DNA of 64,000 bases from an uncultured Methanomicrobiaceae archaeon (GCA_963826525.1 CAWGXH010000004.1:1568001-1632000), one strand, 5' to 3'; counted from the stretch's first letter, positions 32,991 through 43,458 are shown. Program-made: numbers and translations. Notes: generated by a model not told the origin, from the sequence alone.

Positions 32991-34856
32991 ATGCCTCTGC
33001 AACGCAACGTAGTGCTGATCCTTCTTCTGGCAGCTCTCCTCATCCCCCTTGCGGCATCCGCACAGGTGACGGGAACGGGCACGCCGACGAATGCAAGTGA
33101 TTGGCCGATGGTAAATTATGATCAGGTCATGAGCCGGAACAGCCAGCAGACCGAGATAAATGCCTCGAACGTCAACCAGCTGGTGATAAAGTGGGTTTTC
33201 AACACCGGTTCGCAGCCCGTGGAGAACACGCCGCTGATCATTAACAACACGACGTATATCCAGAACAATGCCATGAAGGTGTTTGCGGTTGACCTCGCCA
33301 CGGGACTGCCGCGGTGGGTATATGATCCGCACGTGGCCACGACCGCAGGAGAGGTCCCGCGGGCATCCTCATCGCACGGCATGACCTACAGCGACGGCGT
33401 ACTCTACGTCCCGACCGGCCCGCACCAGACGGTGGTCGCACTCAATGCAGCCAACGGATCCCCCATCTGGGAGTCGCCCGTCCTCGCGAACGAGACAGCC
33501 TTCCGGGTCTCGTCTCCCCCGCTGATCTGGAACAACTACGTGATCGTCGGATCCGCCCTCGGTGACAACCCGCCGTTTACGGTCCCGGCGCACGGTTCGG
33601 TAACAGCACTGAACATAGCGAGCGGCTCCATTGTCTGGCAGAACAGCACTGCCGTAGGGCCCTGGATTGAGGGAGCGAACGCGACCCAGCACGGCGGCGC
33701 GACCACCTGGAGCGGCGGCGCCATCGACGACGCGAACGGGATCGCCTATCTGCCCTGTGGAAACCCGGCACCCGACTTCTCCGCAGAGTCGCGAGTAGGC
33801 CCGACGCCCTACGCCAACCACATGATCGCCGTCGACCTTGAGAGCGGCGTCATTACCTGGGCAACGCCATTCATTGCCGAAGGCTCCGTGCTCCCGAACG
33901 TCACGCTGCCGGATACGCACGACTGGGACACCGCCTGGGGCAGCAACCTCGTGACGGCAGGCGGCACGCAGATGGTCATCGGCCACGACAAGCGCGGTGA
34001 CGTCATGGCGATGGATGCCCAGACCGGTTCGCCGATCTGGTGGACGAACGTCGCACACACCTACCGCGTCGAGGCACAGGCCGCGGAGAACGGCAGCGGC
34101 GAGGTCTGGCCTGGTCCGGGTCACGGCGTTGAGTCCTACTCGGCAGTCGACAACAGCACCGTCTATCTCGCTGCGAGCAGCATGGGGATGAACTACTTCC
34201 TCGGCCACGTCGACCCGGTCTTCGACTCCATCGAGAACGGCGTCGGCAACGGGTCGATAACCGCACTCGATCTCACCACCGGACAGGTGAAGTGGAAGGT
34301 GCCGACCGACTTCCCGACCTGGACGTCGCCCCTGGTGACGAACGGCCTGGTCTTCGCGGGGCAGATCACTGCGACCGGAAAACCGTACTCGTACGGACCG
34401 TTCGGGTATTCGACCGACACGCCCCTGATGCCCTCCGGAGTGCTGATGGCACTCGATGCAGGGAACGGATCGACGCTCTGGCAGGCGGACGTCGGTGCTC
34501 CGATCGGTATCGGCGGACCCTCGATCGGCCAGGGAATGCTCATCGTCCCGACCGGCGGCATCCAGACCCCGAATAAGGGCGGCTACGTCGTCGCATTCGG
34601 ATTGCCGTCAGGCAACGTCACACCCACGAGCACGGCGCTGATAGCCGTCAACAACGTCACTAATATCAGCGGTGTTGCGAACGACATCGGCATGTCGTGG
34701 ACTAACACGTCCAATGTTTCCGGCGCGAATCAGACGATGACAAATACATCGGCATCGAGCACAACCACGACAACGACGAACATGTCCAATGTTTCCGGCA
34801 CGAATCAGACGATGACAAATACGTCGCCATCGAACACAACCACGACAACGATGTAA
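32991..34856 (+). CDS. Secreted PQQ-binding-like beta-propeller protein (quinoprotein dehydrogenase family)
   Basis: Signal peptide; DWPMVN...SR, ENTPLI, repeated A-x-D-x2-TG-x3-W blades, GGATTWSGGAID, GNPAPD, DTHDWD; S/T/N-rich tail. Confidence 0.88.
   Translation: MPLQRNVVLILLLAALLIPLAASAQVTGTGTPTNASDWPMVNYDQVMSRNSQQTEINASNVNQLVIKWVFNTGSQPVENTPLIINNTTYIQNNAMKVFAVDLATGLPRWVYDPHVATTAGEVPRASSSHGMTYSDGVLYVPTGPHQTVVALNAANGSPIWESPVLANETAFRVSSPPLIWNNYVIVGSALGDNPPFTVPAHGSVTALNIASGSIVWQNSTAVGPWIEGANATQHGGATTWSGGAIDDANGIAYLPCGNPAPDFSAESRVGPTPYANHMIAVDLESGVITWATPFIAEGSVLPNVTLPDTHDWDTAWGSNLVTAGGTQMVIGHDKRGDVMAMDAQTGSPIWWTNVAHTYRVEAQAAENGSGEVWPGPGHGVESYSAVDNSTVYLAASSMGMNYFLGHVDPVFDSIENGVGNGSITALDLTTGQVKWKVPTDFPTWTSPLVTNGLVFAGQITATGKPYSYGPFGYSTDTPLMPSGVLMALDAGNGSTLWQADVGAPIGIGGPSIGQGMLIVPTGGIQTPNKGGYVVAFGLPSGNVTPTSTALIAVNNVTNISGVANDIGMSWTNTSNVSGANQTMTNTSASSTTTTTTNMSNVSGTNQTMTNTSPSNTTTTTM
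34701..34850 (+). repeat. Tandem 75-bp repeat (2 x 25 aa) in the tail of the PQQ-propeller gene
   Basis: 34701-34775 and 34776-34850 both contain tccaatgtttccggc-cgaatcagacgatgacaaatac...cacaaccacgacaacg. Confidence 0.9.
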
Positions 34857-35534
34857 CTCCGGGGGGTTAGAGTGAGACATTGATCCGACAGCACGGAAAA
34901 CCGCATAGAACATGCGCAAGGTGACGGTGCACTTCGACGGCACGGGCAACGGTAGATCACGACGTTACGTGGTCTACCAGACACTCCATGCCCTGATCGT
35001 CACCCCCTGCAACTATGATCGACATCTTCACCGCACCAGGCCAAGGTCGGACACCGACCCCTTCCGGTGCCTGTTGTCAACACCAGAGCAGATGAACGAA
35101 CAGATGCGTACCTTGATCTCGGGTTGACGGAAGCGGTGGGACAAATCGACCTCCCTTTTTTTATCTACCGATCAGGTTTCTATGGCTCCGCCTCAGCGTC
35201 GTCTGAGCGGTTGCGTGTTCCCGGGCGGGAAAGCGTATCCGCTTCCAAAGGGCAGGTACAATTGGCCGGAGAGGTGTCCATCTCCCCGCTAATGAGGCTC
35301 CCGCCGGGGCATTTCACCGACCGGAACCATTACATCATCCAAAGATGGTCAAATCCGCTAAAACCTATAGAAGTTGCTGCTCTCGTGCACCATATGCAAC
35401 AAGATTACGGAGGTTTGCCGGCTCCACGATGCTTGATGAAGCCCCGACACCGCGGTTGAGCGGAACTATTCGCAAGGCGAGAGGTCACGAACGACGGGAA
35501 AGCATATATGGCACGAACATTATTATTCGCCTCG

Positions 35535-36771
35535 ATGTATGTAAAAGTCGGAATGTTGGTTCTCCTCTTCGTTATCGGGGCAGCATCCCTGGGGGCGGGA
35601 TGCGTTGGACCACCCGGAAATATCACAACTCCGACGCCGACACCCACGACGCCGGTCACAACGACGCAACCCACAGCGGCACCGGCAGAGACCACTCAGG
35701 CCGCAGGGTCCACCACGAGCATGACTCCGGGAGTGATCGCCGGAACCGGCACGCCCGGCATAACTATCCTATTCCCGCAGCCATATTCTGCGGTCACCTC
35801 GACCGATGTTGAGGTCGGTGTGTTGGTCGATAACTTCAGTCTTGGGGAATCGGGGTCCGCGGGGCATATCATCTATTACCTGGATGCGCAGGCCGTAACC
35901 GCTCGGAACGTATCCGCGAACATGACTTTGACCTCATCGAACGGCACCTTTGCAGTCTCGACCAATACCACCTATACCTGGAAGAATCTCTCACCCGGTA
36001 ACCATGGTTTTGCGGTGGAACTGGTGGATCAGAATAACAAACCGCTCGAACCGCCGGTAATGGCTGTGTCCGAACCGGTGGTTGTAGGACCGAACGCCAC
36101 TGCTCCACCGACGCCCACAGGTCCTATACTCACGTTGGGAACCATCACGCCGCTCCCGCCTGTTACATCACAAGCGACGAACACAACGGCGACATCGGCC
36201 GCGACCACAGCGGCAACGAATGCTACCACGGGAACGACAGCCACGACAGCAACCCCATCCGCGGCGGTAGCAAATGTAACCACGACGGCCACCCCGACAG
36301 CGACCACAACTGCGACGAATGTAACCACAACAGCCACAACCGCAATGAATACCACGGCGGCGACGGCAACACCCACGGCAAACGCGACCCCGACGGGGAC
36401 GTCTTCATCCACGTCGTATACCGTGAAGACCAGCCTCGACCAGTCAGCTGGGGACATTCCTGGTCGATGGGAAGGGAATGACCCTGTACAACTTCACGGC
36501 CGACTCCAGGGATAAGAGTTCCTGCACCGGAGGATGCGTGAATGCGTGGCCGGTCTTCTATGCCTCGTCGATATCTGTCCCGTCCGATCTGAAAGCGTCC
36601 GACTTCACCTCGTTTACCCGGAGTGACGGGTCGAAGCAGACCGCATACAAGGGAATGCCCCTGTACTATTATATCGGGGATTCATCGGCGGGTCAGACCA
36701 CAGGACAGGGACTGAATCAGTTCGGCGGCCTCTGGTACGTCGTCCCCCCGGATTCCCCCGGGTATTCATAA
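35535..36771 (+). CDS. Lipoprotein: Ig-like domain + long Thr-rich linker + Lipoprotein_15 repeats; apparent +1 frameshift at ~36434
   Basis: Lipobox LGAGC; domain with GHIIYYLD and LSPGNHGFAVELV; C-terminal domain near-identical to that of 31322..31906. Confidence 0.82.
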
Positions 36772-37179
36772 CCTCATTTTTTGCCGCTCCCGGCACACCT
36801 TCGCGGACCCGGTATCCCGTGCGCAGACCCTCCCGGGCATTGCGGCTGTTCGTGAACCCATTCCCGGCGGAACCGCGTCGTTGAAGCAGATGGCCGCAGA
36901 TCCCGGGCTTTTCAGAACAACGCTCCTTTCGACCTGAGCGCGATATTCCATGAACAATAAGAACCGGGCGAGTTATAATAATTGAGGCCTGCCCCTCTTT
37001 TGAGCACCCGGCAGCAAAATGAGTTTGGTTTTGCATGCGAAAAGTATATCTTCCCTATGTCGGTAAGGAGTGGCCGAGTCCTGCAGGGGTGCACCATCCA
37101 CTGTGACAATCTCTCGCCGTATCCCCAACGCCGCCGCGACACAGCCGCCGTTCTTCTCTGCAGGGTGGGAGTTGAGAGA

Positions 37180-37909
37180 ATGGTTTTGCAACGCAGAGTC
37201 GTGCCCATCCTGATACTGGCAGTTCTCTTCATTCCTCTCGCGGTATCCGCGCAGACGATGGGAATGAACACATCGACGAATGCAAGCGAGTGGACGATGG
37301 TGAATTACGACCAGGTCATGAGCCGGTCAGGGTATTGAAGCCTACACCGCCGTCGACAACGACACGCTCTATGCCGACGTGAGCAACGGGGCGTTCCGGT
37401 TCTACACCAACGACACGGTCTACCCGGTCTACAATGCGATGCCTGGCGGCATCGGCAATGGGTCGGTGATGGCGGTCGATCTCGCGACCGGACAGTTGAA
37501 GCGGAAGTATGATACGCTGTTCCCGACCTGGACGTCTCCCCTGGTGACGAACGGCGTGGTCTTTGCCGGGCACATCACCGCGACCGGCTGGCCGTATAAG
37601 CCCAGCGCATACGGCGGACCGGAGAAGGGTACGCCCCTTACGCCGTCCGGTATCCTTCTTGCGCTGGATAAAGACACCGGCGAACTCCTGTGGCAGGTGA
37701 ACGTCGGCGCCCAGGTGGGAATCGGCGGCCCCTCCATCGGACAGGGCATGCTCATCGTTCCGACCGGCGGCATCCAGACGCCGAACACGGGCGGATACAT
37801 CGTCGCCTTCGGGCTCCCCGAAACGGGCATGCCCAACGTCACGCAGGAATCAGAGCAGATCCGTGCTCAGCTGACGCCTTCCCCGACATCCGGGTCGGGC
37901 GGAGGGTAA
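37180..37909 (+). pseudogene. Second PQQ-type beta-propeller paralogue with a ~1 kb internal deletion
   Basis: Signal peptide and EWTMVNYDQVMSR are joined out of frame at 37323-37326 (ccgg) to GQGIEAYTAVDN...FPTWTSPLVTNG...GGYIVAFGLP. Both parts match 32991..34856. Confidence 0.85.
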
Positions 37910-37970
37910 CCCGGCACGACGTCGACCCGACCCGGGTGGGAGGCCTTCCTGTCTCCCGCCTCTCCTTTCT

Positions 37971-39266
37971 TCACCGGGCATGGCGCCGCTTTTCGGGCCG
38001 TGTAGCGCGATAGGCCCACTCGATCGCGATCGCAAGGCCGAGCATTCCGGCAAGCACCCCTATCTTGGTGGGATCGTTCCGGAGGACGTACCAGATGATG
38101 GCGGCAAACGCCCCGATACACCCGATGCACCCCAGCATCGGTATATATCGGTTGCTCTCCGTCTGCTCCGCCAGCCGGAGGTTCGCCAGGTTCACGGCAG
38201 CGAAGATCAGGAGAAATCCGGTGCTGCCCATGGCAGAGATGCTGGAGAGGTCGAGGAGGTTGGCGACGAGCAGGGTTGCTCCGGTGGTGATGAGCAGCCC
38301 TTCAAGCGGCCGGTTCCAGATCTTCCTCTCAAGGAACGCCGGCAGTTCGCCGTCTTTTGCGATGATGTAACTGATCCGGGAGGCGCCATAGAAGGTCGCA
38401 TTGATTGCCGACGTCGTCGAGAGCATGGCGGCGGCCGCGATGAGGGCGAAACCTGCCTGGCCCATGAAGGGTCTCGCCGCTTCGGCGAGCGCATAGTCGC
38501 GGGCGGCGACGATCTGGTCGACCGGGAGCGTCCCCACCGCCACGATCGCTATTGCGATGTACAGCGCGATGACGAATACGACTGCCGTAAAATACGCTCT
38601 CGGAAGATTCTTGCGGGGATCTCTGACGTCTTCCGCGGTGTTTGCAATCAGCTCGAACCCTTCGTAGGCCACGAAGATGATCATCCCGCCGGCGATCAGG
38701 CTGGTGAACGGCGACCAGGCTGCCGGCTCGAGGTACGCAGTATCGATCCCGCGGATGCCGAGGGCGATGAAGAGGAGCAGGATGGCAAGCTTCAGCCCGA
38801 CAATCAGATCCTCCGCCTGGCCGATGATCTTTGCACCGAGGGCATTGAGGGCGGCGATGGCAAGCACGCTCGCTGAGATGAGAATGTGCTGCCAGACCGG
38901 ACGAACAGCCTCCGGAAAGAAGGTGGAGCCGTAACTCCCGAAGGCGTAGGCGTAGAGCGAGAGCATGACGACGTAGCTGATCCAGAGCAGCATGTTGAGG
39001 CTCCCGGTGAAAAGGCCGGTGCCGAACGCCTTATTCAGGAATGTAATGGTTCCGCCCTGGCTCGGGAAGGCCACGGAGAGGCGTGCATAAGAGTAGGTGG
39101 TGATCAGGGCGACGGCACCGGCAATGGCGAAGGCAATCGGGGTGCCGCCTTCCGCGAGGGCCACTGCGAGGCCGAGAACGGCGAATATCCCGCCGCCGAC
39201 CATGCCGCCGATCCCGATCGCGATAGCCTCCAGAAGGCCGATACCCTTCTTTTCGTCGGTCTTCAT
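37971..39266 (-). CDS. APC family amino acid permease
   Basis: GIGGMVGGGIF, YARLS...GG, FVAYEGFE, AEDVRDPRKNLPRA. Confidence 0.92.
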   Translation of the reverse strand: MKTDEKKGIGLLEAIAIGIGGMVGGGIFAVLGLAVALAEGGTPIAFAIAGAVALITTYSYARLSVAFPSQGGTITFLNKAFGTGLFTGSLNMLLWISYVVMLSLYAYAFGSYGSTFFPEAVRPVWQHILISASVLAIAALNALGAKIIGQAEDLIVGLKLAILLLFIALGIRGIDTAYLEPAAWSPFTSLIAGGMIIFVAYEGFELIANTAEDVRDPRKNLPRAYFTAVVFVIALYIAIAIVAVGTLPVDQIVAARDYALAEAARPFMGQAGFALIAAAAMLSTTSAINATFYGASRISYIIAKDGELPAFLERKIWNRPLEGLLITTGATLLVANLLDLSSISAMGSTGFLLIFAAVNLANLRLAEQTESNRYIPMLGCIGCIGAFAAIIWYVLRNDPTKIGVLAGMLGLAIAIEWAYRATRPEKRRHAR

Positions 39267-39418
39267 GCCAGGTCCTCCCGAGCGGTGCGGTGGAAACCCC
39301 CTCCCCGGGTATTTCTGCCCGTCCGTATGCGCCGAAGGTTTTAATATCCTCCGAATCGTTCAGTGGCACGTTTCAATCCCGGTTCCACGCAGCATCAAGT
39401 ATTACACGGATGTGACTC

Positions 39419-40625
39419 ATGTACCAGCAGATTCTTATCGCGGTGGACGGTTCGGCATGCTCCGACCTTGCACAGGATGCTGCGGTCGCCCTTGCGGCTG
39501 CAGGAGAGGGGAGCCGCCTGCTGGGCTGCCATGTCTACGCCGCCCGGATGCACCGCACCCGGTTCGAGGATATGGAACCCGGCCTTCCCGGAGCGTATCA
39601 AGAGGAGGAGCGGCTCGGCTACCTCCGGAATACACACGATGACCTCATCTCCGAGGGTATGACGCTCATCTCCGACGCCTATCTCGCTCCTCTTGCCCGG
39701 GCGGCTGATAACCAGGGGATTGCATGCGAGTGCGTTGCACCGGAGGGGCGAAACTACGTCGAACTCCTCCGGCTGATCCGCGAGCGGCAGCCCGGCCTCA
39801 TTGTCCTCGGGGCGACCGGTCACGGTGCGGAGCCTGGCTCAGAGCTCGGCAGCCTCACGGAACGGACGCTCATTGCCGGACGGGGAGGCGACACCCTGAT
39901 CGTGCGGAGGCCCTGGACCTTCAGGAACCGGCCTGTTGTCGTCGGCGTCGACGGGAGCCAGAACAGCTATGCCGCTCTCGTCCGGGCGATCGAGATCGCC
40001 GCCGCCTTCGAAACGACGGTGAAGGCGGTTGCGGTGTACGATCCCTTCTTCCATAGCGGGGTCTTCGGCACCATTGCCGGCGCGCTGCCTGCCGAGGCGC
40101 AGAAACGGTTTAACTTCGCCGCCCAGGAGCAGGCTTCACGACGAGATCATCGACCAGGGGCTCGAGCGTCTCTACCGGACGAACCTGGAACGGGGAGCCC
40201 GTTTTGCCAGTTCGCGAGGCTTTACGGTGGAGACGGAGGTGCTCGCCGGCAAAGTCTCCACGAAGCTCCTCCACTACGCCGCCGCCGTCGGGGCGGGACT
40301 CGTGGTAGTCGGCCGCTTCGGGCTCCACCGGGAGAGCGAGGCACTTATCGGCTCGAACGCCCATACACTCGCCCGCACCGGCACGACGAACGTGCTCGTC
40401 GTAGAGCCGCCGAAGGTGCCGATTACGCTGCCGGAAGCACCCGTCGAACAGGCACCCGCGCTCACCTGGACGCCGGAAGCGGAGGCGATCCTCCGGCGGA
40501 TACCCCCGTTTGCACAAGGGATGGCAAAGACCGCCATCGAGGAGTACGCACGTGGCGAGGGTCTCGCTGAGGTCACGGAGTCGGCCGTCAGGGACGTCTC
40601 CCGGCGGTTCGGGATGGGGGGATGA
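39419..40625 (+). CDS. Tandem universal stress protein with C-terminal PCP_red-like domain; apparent +1 frameshift at ~40132
   Basis: Two USP domains (ILIAVDGS; VVVGVDGS; GxxG...GS); C-terminal WTPEAEAILRRIPPFAQGMAKTAIEEYA. Confidence 0.85.
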
Positions 40626-40629
40626 GCCG

Positions 40630-40827
40630 ATGATCCCCGATGCCCAGGTGGTCGTCTTCATCAAGGTCAAACGGTTCGCTCCCGACTTCCACCGGCATAT
40701 CCTGAAAGGGAAGGTCATGGGTCAGGTCGTCCGGCCGGGAGAGAAGATCCTCGTCTACGAAGTCGCCGAGACGGTTCCCCCCGGCACGGTCAGGATCACC
40801 CAGACAAGCCATATTGAGTTCCGATGA
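40630..40827 (+). CDS. Small protein resembling CDC48/VAT N-terminal subdomain 2 (65 aa)
   Basis: LKGKVMGQVVRPGEKILVYEVAETVPPGTVRITQTSHIEF; coupled to the USP and ABC genes. Confidence 0.7.
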   Translation: MIPDAQVVVFIKVKRFAPDFHRHILKGKVMGQVVRPGEKILVYEVAETVPPGTVRITQTSHIEFR

Positions 40828-41792
40828 GTGCCGAAGAGACTGTATCGATCCGGAGCGTGGAGAAGCGCTACGGAAGCATCCGTGCGCTCGACGGAGTCAC
40901 ACTCACCGTCGCGAAAGGGGAGATTGTCGCGCTCCTCGGGTCGAACGGCTCGGGAAAGTCCACGCTGCTGAAGATCGTGGCGGGGCTCGTCCCGCAGGAC
41001 CGGGGCGGCGTCGCTCTCTTCGGCCGGGAGACGGGGGCGGACCAGGGGGTGCGGCGGGAGATCGGAATGCTCTTTGACCACTCTGCCCACTGGGACGCGC
41101 TCACCGGGTTTGAGAATGCCTGGTACTTTGCCCGCTCATACGGCCTGAAACCGGACGATGCCTGCGGACGGCTCGAACGCCTCTTCTCCAGCATGGCGCT
41201 CGCCGACCGGCGGGACGATCCGGTCTTTACTTACTCCTACGGGATGCGGCGCAAGCTCGCCCTCATCGAAGCGCTGGTGCACGAGCCTGCCCTTCTCCTG
41301 CTCGACGAACCGTCGATCGGCCTCGACTACCAGGCGAGGGTCGCCCTCACCACCCGGCTGCGCGAGGAGGCGGAGCGGGGGGCGACGGTCATCTTCTCGA
41401 CGAACGACGTCCATGAGGCGGCAGGCGTCGCCGACCGGGTCGCCCTCTTCGACCGGGGACGGCTGCTTATCGAGGGAGAACCGTCCGTGCTCGTCGGTTC
41501 GCTGAAGGGCAGGATGACGATTGACCTGGCACTGGCAACGCCGGTGCATATGCAACCGCTGCTCGCGATGGCCGGCGTCGAGGGAGCCCGGGCGGATGAA
41601 CGGGACGGCGTGTTCGTGCTCACGATCATCGCCTCACCGGACGGGTCTTCCTCCGGAGCGTCTGCTCTTCTCGGCCGGGTCGTACAGGAGGTGGCACGGC
41701 AGGGCGGTGCTATCCTGAGCGTTGCTATGCGGGCACCTGGGCTAGAAGACGTATTTCTCGCGTTCATGGGGAAGCCATCCGATGCTCCCTGA
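40824..41792 (+). CDS. ABC transporter ATP-binding protein (exporter type)
   Basis: Walker A GSNGSGKS, signature YSYGM, Walker B LLLLDEP; H-loop His replaced (STND). Confidence 0.92.
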   Translation: MSAEETVSIRSVEKRYGSIRALDGVTLTVAKGEIVALLGSNGSGKSTLLKIVAGLVPQDRGGVALFGRETGADQGVRREIGMLFDHSAHWDALTGFENAWYFARSYGLKPDDACGRLERLFSSMALADRRDDPVFTYSYGMRRKLALIEALVHEPALLLLDEPSIGLDYQARVALTTRLREEAERGATVIFSTNDVHEAAGVADRVALFDRGRLLIEGEPSVLVGSLKGRMTIDLALATPVHMQPLLAMAGVEGARADERDGVFVLTIIASPDGSSSGASALLGRVVQEVARQGGAILSVAMRAPGLEDVFLAFMGKPSDAP

Positions 41793-42476
41793 TACGTTCT
41801 GGAAGAAGGAGATCGCCGAGGATCTCCGAAACCGGCGGGCGCTCCTGCTGAAGTTCGCCCTCCCGCTGGTGCTCCTCTCCCCCTCATGCTCGCAGATGTG
41901 CCAGTCTCGATGCGGGCGGCCGGCCTTGCTGGTGCGGTGATCTTCATCGGCGTCTTCGGCTCGTCGGTCGGGCTGATCCGGATCCGCGAAAGCAGGATGC
42001 TGGAACGCCTGGCGATGCTGCCAGCTCCCCCGCACCGGTTTATCGGGGAGTATATCTTTGCAAACGCCCTCCTCGACGGGGTGCAGCTCCTCGTCCCGGT
42101 GGGGATCTTCCTGGTGGTTAGCCACGCTCTCGCCGGGAGCGCTCTGTGCATCCTCATCTGCTTTGCTGCAGCCGTGGTCGCGGCGAACGCGCTTGGCCTG
42201 CTGGTAGCGATTGCCGCGGGCTCCTCCGGCGAAGGCCACCTCTATGCGATTGTAACGGTCATGGCGGTCTTCATCGTCTCCGGATTCGTCACCCCGGCCG
42301 GGATGGCCTTCCTCGCCGGGATCGGCAGTGCCCTGCCGTTCGGGTACCTCTACGGGGCGATGCTGGGTGCCGGCACTGCTCCTGATCCGCTCACGGTGAT
42401 ACTTGCCCCGCTGACGGCTCTTATCCTCTGCGGGATTGCTCTCGCCGTCTCCCCGCGCCTGTTCCGCGATCTATAA
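41782..42476 (+). CDS. ABC-2 type permease; frameshift in a C-run at ~41880
   Basis: MLPDTFWKKEIAEDLRNRR...KFALPLVLLSP joins ORF 41886..42476 (RESRMLERLAMLP, about 6 TM). Confidence 0.82.
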
Positions 42477-42522
42477 GGCGGGATGATCTGTTCACCCGGA
42501 TCTCGAAGGGCAACCCCTGGAG

Positions 42523-43458
42523 TTATCGGATGAACCCCCGGTGCAGCCCGTTCTCCTCTGCACAGCGGATTGCATACCGGTATTCCTCGCCGGTGACCGG
42601 ACGCTGCAGCGCCCTTTGCATCGGGCTCCTTCCCCCTTCTGCTACCCGTCCCGCCGGACGGTATTGCGCCATGATGTTGACGTATGAATCCCGCGAAACT
42701 TCTTCGGCGATGAACCGCATCACCATCTCGCTGTTTGCCAGGTTGTCGGGGAGCACCAGGTGACGGATAATCATCCCCCGCACGGCAAGCCCGTCTTCGT
42801 CGACAACGAGGTTGCCGACCTGTCGGTGCATCTCCCTCAAAGCCGCCTGCATATATCCGGTGTAGCCCGGGGCGTGCGAGAGGTCCAGCGCCACATCGTC
42901 CCGGCCGTACTTTGCGTCGGGCATGTAGATGTCGATGATGCCGTCTAAAAGCCGCAGAGTGTCCGCCTCGTCGTAGCCGCCGCTGTTGTATACGAGGGGA
43001 ACTGTCAGGCCGAGTGAGGCCGCCACATCGACTGCAGCGATGATCTCCGGGACGACATGCGACGGGGAGACGAAGTTGATGTTGTGGCAGCCCCGCTGCT
43101 GCAGGTGCATCATCGCCCCGGCAAGGTCGCTCGCAGAGATCTCGTATCCTGCCCGGCACTGGCTGATCTCGTAGTTCTGGCAGAACTCGCACCGCATGTT
43201 GCAGCCTGCGAAGAAGATCGTCCCTGAGCCGCCTCTCCCGACAAGTGGCGGCTCTTCACCGAAATGAGGGCCGTAACTTGCGACCATCGGCCAATGGCCG
43301 GTATGGCAGAAACCGAGATCGCCGTCGATTCGGTTTACGTGACAGTGCTGGGGGCATACAGTGCAGTCGCGGAGGATCTCGCAGGCTTTCCGGGCACGCT
43401 CCGTAAGTTCGCCGCTCTCGTGCAGGGAGAGATAGCCGGGTAGAATGTTCCTTTCCAT
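42523..43458 (-). CDS. Radical SAM protein, PflX family
   Basis: CTVCPQHCHVNR, HFGEEPPL, SGTIFF-CNMRCEFCQN, HNINFVSP, DIYMPD, RHLVLP. Confidence 0.9.
   Translation of the reverse strand: MERNILPGYLSLHESGELTERARKACEILRDCTVCPQHCHVNRIDGDLGFCHTGHWPMVASYGPHFGEEPPLVGRGGSGTIFFAGCNMRCEFCQNYEISQCRAGYEISASDLAGAMMHLQQRGCHNINFVSPSHVVPEIIAAVDVAASLGLTVPLVYNSGGYDEADTLRLLDGIIDIYMPDAKYGRDDVALDLSHAPGYTGYMQAALREMHRQVGNLVVDEDGLAVRGMIIRHLVLPDNLANSEMVMRFIAEEVSRDSYVNIMAQYRPAGRVAEGGRSPMQRALQRPVTGEEYRYAIRCAEENGLHRGFIR

Noticed and set aside
36170-36410. Repetitive ACN/GCN-rich DNA as a CRISPR array or satellite
   Set aside because: It encodes the Thr/Ala linker of a lipoprotein and has no constant repeat-spacer periodicity.
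40824-42476. ABC pair as CcmAB of cytochrome c maturation
   Set aside because: The ATPase has a DrrA-like C-terminal extension and no ccmC/E/F genes are nearby.
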